Of a stretch of DNA of 45,366 nucleotides, positions 9,116 through 18,982 are shown one piece after another. The stretch is from a virus (Duplodnaviria > Caudoviricetes): positions 1 to 45,366 of IMG/VR virus record IMGVR_UViG_3300039916_000023; one strand, given 5' to 3'. The notes beneath the pieces were generated by a model. That model worked only from the letters and a program-made list of their open reading frames with translations, was not told the origin of the DNA and made no database searches. The position numbers were made by a program, and so were the translations under genes. The first letter of the stretch is position 1. Every line of letters begins with the position of its first letter.

Positions 9116-10047
9116 GCCCAGCGGTCGGTCGCTCCTTAGAGCTTTATTACATCGATGGTCGGCCCGATGGCATGGTCACCGCTGAGTTGTTCAACTGGAC
9201 GGGCCATGTTCTGCTGTTCCCGCGCACTCAGTTGAGCAGTGCGTTACTGCGCGCAGAGGCGTGTTATGCGGGTATCTATCTGCTACTTGGCGACCAGAAT
9301 GGTGAGCCGTTCGCCTATATCGGCGAGGGAGAGGATATCGGCGCACGCATTCGCCAGCATGATGTACGCAAGGAATGGTGGACCAGCGCAGTGCTGGTCA
9401 CGGCGTCAGCTAACAAGCTCAACAAGGCGCACGTTCGCTACCTCGAAGCGCGACTGATCGCCCACGCGAAGGTGATCGGGCATACCCCGCTCGACAACCT
9501 GACCGCGCCTGTGCTGCCGATCCTCAGTGAGGCCGATGTTGCCAAGATGGAGGCGTTCCTCGAAAACCTGCTGATCGTGTTGCCAGCGGTGCGCGTGGAC
9601 ATGTTCATCCAGCGTGCCCGGTCGGCGCGACCGACCGCATCTACCCCGCTGGTGCGGACGATCACCGCCCCGCAACAGACCGGCACTGGCGGCACGCGCT
9701 TTGTCTTAGAGTCGCGCAAGCATGGCCTGCGTGCGTCCGCCTTGCTGACGGATGGTGAGTTCGTCGTAGAGGCAGGCTCTATGAGCAGGTTCGAATGGAC
9801 CGGCCTTGACCACCACACCTACGCCTCGCTTTACGCGGAGTTACGCCGATCTGGCGTTCTGACCGAGGACGGGGCGCACTGCGTCTTCGCGCAGGACTAC
9901 GCCTTTCGCAGCCCCAGTGCCGCAGCGGCTGCGGTGAACGGTAGAGCCTCGAATGGCCAAATCGATTGGCGCACCGCTGATGGCGGGCTGACCTATAAGG
10001 ACTGGGAAGCGCAACAGGTTGCTGCCGCAGTGGGAGCGACGGCATGA
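9112..10047 (+). CDS. GIY-YIG nuclease family protein with C-terminal DUF4357
   Basis: GIYLL...AYIGEGE...RIRQH...YLE; C-terminal FVVEAGS...DYAFRSPSAAAAAVNGRASNG..W. Confidence 0.9.
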   Translation: MSPAVGRSLELYYIDGRPDGMVTAELFNWTGHVLLFPRTQLSSALLRAEACYAGIYLLLGDQNGEPFAYIGEGEDIGARIRQHDVRKEWWTSAVLVTASANKLNKAHVRYLEARLIAHAKVIGHTPLDNLTAPVLPILSEADVAKMEAFLENLLIVLPAVRVDMFIQRARSARPTASTPLVRTITAPQQTGTGGTRFVLESRKHGLRASALLTDGEFVVEAGSMSRFEWTGLDHHTYASLYAELRRSGVLTEDGAHCVFAQDYAFRSPSAAAAAVNGRASNGQIDWRTADGGLTYKDWEAQQVAAAVGATA

Positions 10048-10736
10048 GTGTAGCCGTCCAATCATTGCTCGTTGATTTGGGGTTCGTCGCGGACAACTCG
10101 CAATTCAGTTCGGGGCAGGGTGCATTGTCGTTCGACTTTGGCAACTTGGTTCTCAGCGCTACAAGAGGAACTAACCGATGGTTCCGGGATGTCTGGTTGT
10201 TTGGAGGTGTCGCAAACGACGGCCGAACGTTGGCTCTAATCGAGTTTGAAATGCCGCTGGATGTGGAAAGTGTCGAGCAAGGGACGGCGTGGATAGCCGA
10301 GCATGTAAAGATCACCCTACGCGACACTCCACAGTGGCTGCAAGATGGGCTTGGCTGGCGCGACGAACTTCCGTGGCGAAAGGAACTCACGCGACACGAT
10401 GAGCGACCGCTCTGCCGGGTGAAGCGGGAGTGGTTTCGCCTACCGTGTAAGGCTATGCGCCTCGCCGCAGAGGAATCTCGGCCAGAGGAACAAGCTAAGG
10501 TGTCCTTCGATGGCAGCGTGTTTAAAGTGGTGCTGCCGAATAGCGTCGTGGCGGTGCCTGCGTCTGGTGAACGCTGGGAACGCTCGGTGGCAGTGGCCCT
10601 GACCGGGCTGCGGCATCTGCCCCGGCGCTTGATGTCGCAATCCGTTGAGGTGTCAGTTCGGCAAGAGCACCTTATAATGGCAGGGCTCCGACTCCCTCTC
10701 CACGATCAAGAAGCTGTGGTGAGCGTCAGCCAATGA
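10044..10736 (+). CDS. Hypothetical protein embedded in the hsd operon
   Basis: 230 aa with ATGA overlaps on both sides. Confidence 0.75.
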   Translation: MSVAVQSLLVDLGFVADNSQFSSGQGALSFDFGNLVLSATRGTNRWFRDVWLFGGVANDGRTLALIEFEMPLDVESVEQGTAWIAEHVKITLRDTPQWLQDGLGWRDELPWRKELTRHDERPLCRVKREWFRLPCKAMRLAAEESRPEEQAKVSFDGSVFKVVLPNSVVAVPASGERWERSVAVALTGLRHLPRRLMSQSVEVSVRQEHLIMAGLRLPLHDQEAVVSVSQ

Positions 10737-13700
10737 GCATTCACAAAGAAATCCGCTTCGAGGACGAAATCTGCGAACACCTCGCCGCGCGTGGCTGGCT
10801 TTACGATCCCGGCAGCGCCGCTCGCTATGATCGTTCCCGCGCGCTGTTCGCGCCCGACTTGATCGCATGGGTTCAAGAAACTCAGCGAAAGACGTGGGAA
10901 ACATTGAGCAGCAGCCACGGCGCTGGCGCTGAGGCCGCGTTGCTTGATCGAATCCGCAAGCAGATTGATGATCGCGGCACCCTTGACGTAATTCGGCACG
11001 GTATTGAGATGGTCGGCGTGCGCGGCATGATCTCGCTGGCTCAGTTCAAGCCCGCCATGGGGATGAACCCCGACATCATCGCCGCATATGAGGCGAACCG
11101 GCTGAGGGTCGTGCGCCAGCTTCGCTACTCTACGACGAATGAGAACAGCATCGATTTGGCGCTGTTCCTCAACGGCATCCCCGTCGCCACGGTCGAACTC
11201 AAGACTGACTTTACTCAATCTATCGCCGACGCAGTTGACCAGTATCGCTTCGACCGCCTGCCCCGCCCCAAGGATCAGAATGTCGAGCCGCTGCTCTCCT
11301 TTCCCAGTGGCGCTCTCGTCCACTTCGCGGTGAGCAACAGCGAAGTCCAGATGACCACCAAACTGGCAGGACCGGCGACGCGCTTCCTGCCTTTCAACCG
11401 GGGCGACGACGGCGGTGCAGGCAACCCGATCAATCGAAACGGGCATCGCACCGCCTACCTTTGGGAGGAAGTCTGGGAACGGGAAAGCTGGCTGGAAATC
11501 ATCGGTCGATACCTCGTCGCCCAACGCGACATGAAGCGCGCGATCAGCGGCGTAATCTTCCCACGCTACCATCAGCTTGATGCGACCCGGAAGCTACGGG
11601 CAGCCGTGCGTCGTGAGGGCGCGGGCGGCAAATATCTTATCCAGCACTCGGCAGGTTCAGGGAAGACGAACTCAATCGCATGGGCGGCGCACTTCCTCGC
11701 CGATCTCCACAATGACGCGAATGAGAAGCTGTTCTCGACCGTCATCGTCGTTTCTGACCGCAACGTGATCGACGCGCAGCTTCAAGAGGCGCTGTTTGGC
11801 TTCGAGCGCACGACCGGCGTTGTGGCGACGATCCGCAGCGAGGGCGGGGCTAAGAGCGGTCAGCTTGCCGACGCACTCGCGCAGGGCAAGAAGATCATCG
11901 TCTGCACGATCCAAACCTTTCCCTTTGCGCTCGCCGCCGTGCGCGAGCTTGCCGCTACGCAGGGCAAGCGCTTCGCGGTGATCGCGGACGAGGCGCATAG
12001 CTCCCAGACAGGTGAGGCTGCGAAGAAGCTCAAGGAGCTTCTCTCGCCGGAGGAGATCGCAGACCTACAGGACGGCGGCGAAATGAACGGTGAGGACATC
12101 CTAACGGCGCAGATGTCGGCGCGTGCGGGCGAAAGCGGCGTCACCTACGTCGCGTTCACCGCAACGCCCAAGGCTAAGACGCTCGAACTGTTCGGGCGCA
12201 GGCCGCAACCTGAGCTTGCCCCAAGCGCGAACAATCTGCCCGCTGCCTTCCATGTCTACTCAATGAGGCAGGCCATCGAGGAAGGCTTCATCCTCGACGT
12301 GCTCAAGAATTACACCCCGTACCGCCTCGCCTTTCGCCTCGCCAATGAGGGGCAGGAGTGGGACGACCGGGAAGTTGAGCGCAGCACGGCGCTCAAGGGC
12401 ATCATGCGCTGGGTCCGCCTGCACGCCTACAACATCGCGCAGAAGGTGCAGATCGTCGTCGAGCACTTCCGTGAAAACGTGCAGCCGTTGCTCGACGGCA
12501 AGGCCAAGGCGATGGTCGTGCTGGGAAGTCGTGTCGAGGCTGTCAGATGGAAGCTTGCCATCGACGCTTACATCAAATCGCAGGGCTATGGCCTTGGCAC
12601 CCTCGTCGCATTCTCGGGTGAGGTAAACGATCCCGTGTCCAGCGGTGAACCCTTCACTGAGGGGAGCGCCGTGCTCAACCCCGGCATGAAGGGGCGCGAC
12701 ATCCGCGACTCCTTCGCTGGTGAGGAGTTTCACCTCCTGCTCGTCGCCAACAAGTTCCAGACTGGCTTCGATCAACCGCTGCTCTGCGGCATGTATGTTG
12801 ATCGACGGCTCGCGGGCATACAGGCGGTGCAGACGCTTTCGCGTCTGAACCGAGCGCATCCGGGTAAGGACACCACCTACGTCCTCGACTTCGTGAATTC
12901 GTCGGAGGACATTCTCACCGCCTTCCGCGTCTACTACGAAACCGCTGAGCTTGAGGGGGTCACTGACCCCAACATCGTGCTCGACCTCAAGGCCAAGCTC
13001 GACGCCAGCGGCCATTATGACGAGTTTGAGGTTGATCGGGTCGCGACGGTGGAGATGAACCCGCAGGCCAAGCAGGGTGACCTTATCGCTGCTATCGAGC
13101 CTGTCGCGGATCGTCTGCTGAGGCGGTACCGAGCAGCACAGGAACGCCTGCTGACCGCGCGTGAGCGAAGCGATGACGGGGCGGCAAGTGACGCGCAGGA
13201 CGAGATCAACGCTCTCGTCCTGTTCAAAAACGACATGTCCGCGTACCAGCGGATGTACAGCTTTCTGTCGCAGATATTCGACTATGGCAGCACGCCGGTC
13301 GAGAAGCGCTTCCTGTTCTACAAGCGCCTCGTGCCGCTGCTCGAATTTGGGCGAGAGCGGGAAGGTATCGATCTGTCGAAGGTCGTGCTCACGCATCACA
13401 CGCTAAAGAATGAAGGCGAGCGCCGCCTCAACGTCGCGGAACTCGACGAAACCAAGCTCGGTCCCATGACGGGATCGGGATCGGGATCGGTTCAGGAGAA
13501 GGAGAAAGCCCTTCTCGCGGAAATCATCGAGCGGGTGAATGACCTTTTCGGTGCCGATACTACGGACGGCGACCAACTCAGCTACGTCACGACGCTGCGG
13601 GACAAGATGCTTGAATCCGCTGCACTGGCGACGCAGGCTGCGAACAATACAGAGGCGCAGTTCGCGAACTCCCCGACGCTCAAGGACGAGTTGATGAACG

Positions 13701-13852
13701 CCATCATTGAGGCGTTCGAAGCCCATTCCTCATTGAGCAAGCAGGCGCTGGACTCGTCGAAGGTGCGCGACGGACTGAAAGAGGTGCTGCTCGGCCCCGC
13801 TCAACTCTATGAGGCGTTGCGCAGCCGCGCGCATGAGATGTCGGTCAGATAG
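10733..13852 (+). CDS. hsdR: Type I restriction endonuclease subunit R
   Basis: IDLALFLNGIPVATVELK nuclease motif, HSAGSGKT, DEAH, FTATP, TGFDQP, QTLSRLNR helicase motifs. Confidence 0.97.
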   Translation: MSIHKEIRFEDEICEHLAARGWLYDPGSAARYDRSRALFAPDLIAWVQETQRKTWETLSSSHGAGAEAALLDRIRKQIDDRGTLDVIRHGIEMVGVRGMISLAQFKPAMGMNPDIIAAYEANRLRVVRQLRYSTTNENSIDLALFLNGIPVATVELKTDFTQSIADAVDQYRFDRLPRPKDQNVEPLLSFPSGALVHFAVSNSEVQMTTKLAGPATRFLPFNRGDDGGAGNPINRNGHRTAYLWEEVWERESWLEIIGRYLVAQRDMKRAISGVIFPRYHQLDATRKLRAAVRREGAGGKYLIQHSAGSGKTNSIAWAAHFLADLHNDANEKLFSTVIVVSDRNVIDAQLQEALFGFERTTGVVATIRSEGGAKSGQLADALAQGKKIIVCTIQTFPFALAAVRELAATQGKRFAVIADEAHSSQTGEAAKKLKELLSPEEIADLQDGGEMNGEDILTAQMSARAGESGVTYVAFTATPKAKTLELFGRRPQPELAPSANNLPAAFHVYSMRQAIEEGFILDVLKNYTPYRLAFRLANEGQEWDDREVERSTALKGIMRWVRLHAYNIAQKVQIVVEHFRENVQPLLDGKAKAMVVLGSRVEAVRWKLAIDAYIKSQGYGLGTLVAFSGEVNDPVSSGEPFTEGSAVLNPGMKGRDIRDSFAGEEFHLLLVANKFQTGFDQPLLCGMYVDRRLAGIQAVQTLSRLNRAHPGKDTTYVLDFVNSSEDILTAFRVYYETAELEGVTDPNIVLDLKAKLDASGHYDEFEVDRVATVEMNPQAKQGDLIAAIEPVADRLLRRYRAAQERLLTARERSDDGAASDAQDEINALVLFKNDMSAYQRMYSFLSQIFDYGSTPVEKRFLFYKRLVPLLEFGREREGIDLSKVVLTHHTLKNEGERRLNVAELDETKLGPMTGSGSGSVQEKEKALLAEIIERVNDLFGADTTDGDQLSYVTTLRDKMLESAALATQAANNTEAQFANSPTLKDELMNAIIEAFEAHSSLSKQALDSSKVRDGLKEVLLGPAQLYEALRSRAHEMSVR

Positions 13853-13860
13853 GTGATACC

Positions 13861-14235
13861 GTGAACGTAAAACGTACTCAGGATGAGCGTCGTCACGAAC
13901 AGGGCGACGTAGAAGACCCAATACTCCTTGTGATGGAACATCGTACCTCGATGACGACCGCCGAGATAACTGGGGCTGTCAAAGACCGTTTAGCTCGACT
14001 TCCTGCTGATCGTTCACGAGCAAACAAGCGCGACAATGAGTCTAAACTCGATCAGGTCATCGCCAACGCCTTACAGGAGAGGCGGCGACTATGCCGCGAT
14101 GGCCTTATCGCGCGTGTTGGACGCGGAGAGTTCGAGATTACCATTGAATGCAAAGATTATCTCGCAAAGCAACGGAGCGATGTTCAGGACGCAAGCGTCA
14201 TCTTTGATGAGCTATTTCCAGACGGAATCGACTGA
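13861..14235 (+). CDS. Mrr N-terminal-like winged-helix protein
   Basis: VEDPILLVM...MTTAEI..V..RL...DR...ESKLDQVI..AL....GLIARVGRGEFEIT pattern. Confidence 0.6.
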   Translation: MNVKRTQDERRHEQGDVEDPILLVMEHRTSMTTAEITGAVKDRLARLPADRSRANKRDNESKLDQVIANALQERRRLCRDGLIARVGRGEFEITIECKDYLAKQRSDVQDASVIFDELFPDGID

Positions 14236-14262
14236 GTTCATATGGTCACTGCGTCGGCAAGG

Positions 14263-14703
14263 TTAAGTAAGTCGGATTTGTATGCCGCTGACCGCCTCAA
14301 TGATCGTGCTATCAAGGTCATCGACGTCGTCATTGGGTACACGTTCGACGGGCGTGGCGTCCATCATGTGCATCGGTCGCTGATGCCGCCCCCAGTAGCC
14401 CCGACCGGAATCGACCGACAGGCCGCTCTCACTGAACTCTGCGCTGAGGCCGACGCAATTGATCGTGAGACCGACCGCGCTAACCTCGCGAGCCAATCGC
14501 CACAAGGCCCCGCGCAGCGAGCGGTCGTCCTCGCCGGTGATCTGCTCGCCGTTACCAAGCGTCAGACGCACAAAATGACCGGCAAAGACTTTGGTGCGAC
14601 CCGTTTCCACGATGCCGATTTCGTAGCCCGCCAACGATGTTTCCTCGCCGTGTTGCACTTGGCAGCCCCCCGACTGCCGCACTTCATAACTTCGCCAGAC
14701 CAT
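14263..14703 (-). CDS. Hypothetical protein
   Basis: 146 aa, strong GAGGAGG RBS upstream. Confidence 0.65.
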   Translation of the reverse strand: MVWRSYEVRQSGGCQVQHGEETSLAGYEIGIVETGRTKVFAGHFVRLTLGNGEQITGEDDRSLRGALWRLAREVSAVGLTINCVGLSAEFSESGLSVDSGRGYWGRHQRPMHMMDATPVERVPNDDVDDLDSTIIEAVSGIQIRLT

Positions 14704-15340
14704 CCGTCATCCTCCTCGTCGCTCTCGTATTTAGGCCGACACCCGACTTATCCCCCACACCGCTTTCACACTGTCGAATGCTTCGCAAAGCCGCGCACGC
14801 CATTTGAGCGAGCATGGCTCGGCATATGCAGGAGCGCACCCGGATTTGGCTCGCAGCTTCTTGCATGCATCGAGGGGGACGCCATTGCGGAATTTGGACG
14901 CAGCCTCAACGCCCTTGTTGTCACGGCACAAGGGCGGTCGAGCAACGCCACACAGACGGTTCATGTTCACGCGGTAGAGCACTGCTACATCGAGCCTAAC
15001 GTCGCGGTGTGAATGGCTACCTGTATGCCCGTGGCGGTGAGCTCGCCGCCGGGATACCATCATGCCAACGCCCATCCGGTTCGATTAATGCAAGCCTGCT
15101 GTACCTCATGCCGACCGGCGACGAGCAAGGACCGATGTTTACGCGCAAGTTCGCAATGCTCGGTCGCGCGGATCGATTACCGCCACAGCAATTTTAAGGC
15201 CACGCCTGCCGACTTCGGTCTCGTGTTGATCTTCCCGGATTCCCGTACACGTTTAAACGAGACTATCGCAGTGCAGCGGACCATCGCCCACCGCCCACCG
15301 CCCACCGCCGCGAAGCACCAATCAGGAACCTCTCATGATC

Positions 15341-16303
15341 TTAAATCAAGAGGGATTCAGGCGGCGGAGTCACGGCATCTATGAACTTCAACATCGCAGG
15401 ATAGTCGTTCCGATTTTTTATGACGAATATATTTTTCAGTTTTTCAGTATCACACCGCAGCAACTCAATTCTTGCGTCGACATTAGTCCCAGCTATTACG
15501 AGGTTCGCCTGAATCTTCGGCTCATTCCGCGCTATATCGGGAGCAGTGGGATACGGAATTACCAATGCGCGATCATATCGCAAGGCAGCGCGCGATGCAT
15601 GCAGGCTGCCGCCACTCAAATCGCTCTGGACCATGACAACTGCTTTAGACAAAAGCGCTTGAGTTTTATCTCGCTGAACAAACAGTCTTGGCTGGGGTTC
15701 TACACCCAGTGCGAACTCTGAGACAAGAACGCCACCCTCCTCAAGGATCGCATTTGCAAGCGGAGCGTTCCGCTTCGGCGCGATAGTATGCAGGCCATGA
15801 GCAAGCACAACTATTCCTCTGGAATGAAGACGAACGCACTCTTGGTGCGAGATAGCGTCACAACCAAGGGCAAGGCCGCTGACGACAGTATAACCTTGCT
15901 CGGCAAAGAACGCCGTTACCCGCTCCGTCGTAACCTTCCCGTGAGGAGTTGGCTCTCTCGTGCCGATGACACCAACCGTCGGAGTATCCAAAGTCGAAAG
16001 ATCACCCTTCACATATAGAATGGCGGGAGAGTCTTGAGTCTGGCGAAGTATATCGGGATAACTATCGTCAACCTTCGAAATTATCTTTAGATTTTGCTCG
16101 TCAGCCTGCTCTAATTGCCTATCAGCGAATTCGTATATACGCGCCTTACGAACCTTGTCTTTGAAGGCTTCCAATATTCGTGGCGGGAGCAAGGCTTCCT
16201 CACCCGACATTTGGTATCCACCCCCTAAAAGCTTTGAGATAGTAGAAGGGCCAACACCGTTTATCGCCGATACAGCCAAAATGTCTCTATTACTGAGCGC
16301 CAT
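15341..16303 (-). CDS. DprA/Smf-like (SLOG) protein, ShosA-like antitoxin
   Basis: GVIGTREPT, VSGLALGCDAISH, GGVLVSEF, FVQRD motifs; overlaps the HAD-PRTase gene; low GC. Confidence 0.9.
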   Translation of the reverse strand: MALSNRDILAVSAINGVGPSTISKLLGGGYQMSGEEALLPPRILEAFKDKVRKARIYEFADRQLEQADEQNLKIISKVDDSYPDILRQTQDSPAILYVKGDLSTLDTPTVGVIGTREPTPHGKVTTERVTAFFAEQGYTVVSGLALGCDAISHQECVRLHSRGIVVLAHGLHTIAPKRNAPLANAILEEGGVLVSEFALGVEPQPRLFVQRDKTQALLSKAVVMVQSDLSGGSLHASRAALRYDRALVIPYPTAPDIARNEPKIQANLVIAGTNVDARIELLRCDTEKLKNIFVIKNRNDYPAMLKFIDAVTPPPESLLI

Positions 16304-17561
16304 ATAACGCCTCGCCTCTCCATCTTTCGGGCATTATTTCGCCAATATTCTTTGAGATTCCGATCAACTGAATGCTACCCACACTAAGCTGCTCAAGCAG
16401 CTTCTTTGCAGAAATTAAGCTTGAACCTGATGTTACAACATCGTCAATAACCACTAAAGTATCCTGCGTATGTAACTGTTCGGGTGTGGAAATGAATAAG
16501 TATTTCGACAGGTTGTCGAAACGCTCCGCCCTATTTAGGTGGTCATTTGAATTCGACCTAACACCATTTCTGAACCCGAAGATATCAGGTTTGAAAACGA
16601 CCCGATCAAAACCATAGGTCGCCCTGTAGGCTGCCTCGCACTGTGCTACCAACACACCTAATCGATGAGGTCTGCCGGGTCGAGCCGGAATGCACGTAAG
16701 CACAACCCGGCCCTCCGGCCTTCTTTTTCCAAAGTATTTGATTTGCTCTCGGCATATTTCAAGCAACACCGACACCCAGCGAGCCGGAAACTCGGTTGCA
16801 CTTTTGCAGTTCTCCACTTCGACCGTCAGTTCATGAAACGCCCTTATGGCCTTTATTGACGTGTATCGAGAGAAGTGCTTCCCCAAAACACGGATAAGGT
16901 GATGGGCGTTGTCGGGGCAGAAAAATCCCATGCTTCGGCTGTTTTCTATCGGCGCGGTTCCCGCAGCTCCTTGCGAGAGAGGAACCTCTAACGGCATCAT
17001 GTAGCTGTAGGGTTCACTTATTTTCTTTATAAGTTCATTAGGGTGACTAAATATGAAATCAGGCAGCAGGTCGTAAGAAACGTAATCAAATTTACCATCA
17101 ATCTTGGTCTCATCCCAAGCAACATATGAAATTGCATGGTACGCCGCTTTAATATCCGCCGCGCTATCGCCGATCATCATCACCGCTTCTTCACCAGTTC
17201 TTTCACGGGCAAGAAGGATTCCGTAACCATGTGGTTTAAATTTGGGAGCCACATCCTCGTACGTGATCACCACGTCCCATTCTATGTTTGGGTAGAAGTG
17301 GTTTAGCAGGGTCTGAACATAAAGTCGCGGTGACCGTGAAAAAACTCCAATGTGATTCACTTCATCGTCCGACAGCTTGAACAGCTTCCCAAGTGACATA
17401 ATGTCGTCTTCTGACCATATCACTCTGTCGGATCGCGACTTTGTGAAAGAGATAAGCTGTGCTGCGTAAGTTATTGGATCAGCATCCCGCCCCGCCTCCC
17501 TGATAATTTTGAGGTCGTTGGTACGAATGAGCGTGTCGTCGAGATCAAAAAGATACAGCAT
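16290..17561 (-). CDS. HAD-like hydrolase fused to phosphoribosyltransferase, ShosT-like toxin
   Basis: N-terminal FDLDDTL, KP..G, MIGDS..DI; C-terminal VVIDDVVTSGSS PRPP-binding loop. Confidence 0.88.
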   Translation of the reverse strand: MLYLFDLDDTLIRTNDLKIIREAGRDADPITYAAQLISFTKSRSDRVIWSEDDIMSLGKLFKLSDDEVNHIGVFSRSPRLYVQTLLNHFYPNIEWDVVITYEDVAPKFKPHGYGILLARERTGEEAVMMIGDSAADIKAAYHAISYVAWDETKIDGKFDYVSYDLLPDFIFSHPNELIKKISEPYSYMMPLEVPLSQGAAGTAPIENSRSMGFFCPDNAHHLIRVLGKHFSRYTSIKAIRAFHELTVEVENCKSATEFPARWVSVLLEICREQIKYFGKRRPEGRVVLTCIPARPGRPHRLGVLVAQCEAAYRATYGFDRVVFKPDIFGFRNGVRSNSNDHLNRAERFDNLSKYLFISTPEQLHTQDTLVVIDDVVTSGSSLISAKKLLEQLSVGSIQLIGISKNIGEIMPERWRGEALYGAQ

Positions 17562-17802
17562 TCACGACATCCCGGACTAAGTTGGACCCGTGGACGGAGC
17601 GCGGCCCTGCTCACGACGTTCATAAGGTGCCAACCGAATACACACAACTTTGACAAGAAATCGCCAATCGATGAGGTTACGGGTAGCCTGACCTAAGGCG
17701 CAAACGTCGAATATGTTTCAATGGGCACCATCGTCCAATTCCCTACACGATAGGGACGGGGCAGATGATCACTCTGCCCGATTGCCACGGCAGGCATAGC
17801 AG

Positions 17803-17985
17803 TCAGAGGGTTCCCAGCCACGCTATCGCTTCCTCGGAGGTCATCCGTTGGCCGGGGTGCGCCGCAGCCATTTTGGCCCAATCGACAAACTCCGGTGACG
17901 CTTCGCCGCGACATAGAGGGCACTCCCCGTCAGACGCATGGAAGTCATCCCCGCACATCTCGCGCGATGCGCCCACATCATCCAT
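17803..17985 (-). CDS. Small hypothetical protein
   Basis: 60 aa with CPLC and C-terminal MTSEEAIAWL. Confidence 0.4.
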   Translation of the reverse strand: MDDVGASREMCGDDFHASDGECPLCRGEASPEFVDWAKMAAAHPGQRMTSEEAIAWLGTL

Positions 17986-18133
17986 GCTTCACATCCTGAA
18001 ACTTCACGATCCAGCGAACGGTGAGATCATTGCGGCCCTCCATCGCCGCACAGTACGAACGTGCCAAGGCCGCAACAATGGCCAACTGATTAACGCCCGC
18101 CTGCCTACACGTATCGAGCATATCAGCGCAGCA

Positions 18134-18709
18134 TTAGTTCGCGACGACCGGTACAAGCTTGCCCGCACCAGCGGCGAGGAGACGATAGACCGAAGCTCGC
18201 CCGATCTTGAGCTTCGCTGCGATCTCGGATGCTCCAAGCCCATCATCATGGAGGGTGCGTACCATCTCTGCGTCGATCCTTGCCTTGCCACCCCGATACG
18301 CGCCCGCGATCTTCGCTGCCTCGATACCGTCCTTTTGCCGCTCCCGGCGAATATCGTTCTCGAACGCCGCCACTGCCCCGAGCATAGTGAGCATCAATCG
18401 CCCACTGGACGATGTGACATCGATCCCGGCTTGATCGACACAGCGGAAACCGACCCGCTTCGCCACGAGCCGCTCGCAGATCGTGAGAAGGTCGCTGACC
18501 GACCGGGCCAGTCGGTCCAGCCTGACGCAAATCAACTCGTCTCCCTCGCGGACAAATTCCAGCGCGTCCTGCAACGCAGCCCGGTTGCTCGCCTGCGAAC
18601 CGCTCTGCTTCTCGCTGAAGATTTTCTCCGCGCCTGCCGCAGTCAGCGCCGAGAGTTGGACATCCAGCGACTGACCTGAACTTGAAACGCGCGCGTATCC
18701 GACAATCAT
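18134..18709 (-). CDS. Serine recombinase (resolvase/invertase family)
   Basis: MIVGYARVSS..Q....Q, RLDRLARS, AAFE...RRERQ..GI..AK..G, C-terminal HTH. Confidence 0.95.
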   Translation of the reverse strand: MIVGYARVSSSGQSLDVQLSALTAAGAEKIFSEKQSGSQASNRAALQDALEFVREGDELICVRLDRLARSVSDLLTICERLVAKRVGFRCVDQAGIDVTSSSGRLMLTMLGAVAAFENDIRRERQKDGIEAAKIAGAYRGGKARIDAEMVRTLHDDGLGASEIAAKLKIGRASVYRLLAAGAGKLVPVVAN

Positions 18710-18718
18710 CGCCTGTCC

Positions 18719-18823
18719 TGTCTCATCAGGGTTTAGAGTTTGGCGAACTGACTGTCTCATTGATGGAAGTCAACCCTGATAAGACGCTGAACGTGTCTCA
18801 CGCGCGGGACTCGTCAGGGTCTA
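18719..18823. promoter_or_regulatory. Putative res site of the resolvase
   Basis: TGTCTCA at 18719, 18753 and 18794; GTCTCATCAGGGTT / AACCCTGATAAGAC inverted pair; directly upstream of the resolvase. Confidence 0.7.
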
Positions 18824-18982
18824 CCTTGGCAATACGCCTACTCACTCGACGCAGTGACGAAGTGCCATTCGGGTCTCGCCGTCCGCCGCGGCGTTCCTCA
18901 GTGTAGGGGTTGGCAATATGCCATTCTGGCTTCATGCTTGCATCTGATCCGCAAGCTCGCATGAGCGGCGAAAGGGGGACAG

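Noticed and set aside
14242-15384. 256-aa plus-strand ORF and neighbouring short ORFs
   Set aside because: Overlaps a better-supported minus-strand gene; remainder looks like degraded sequence with no assignable family
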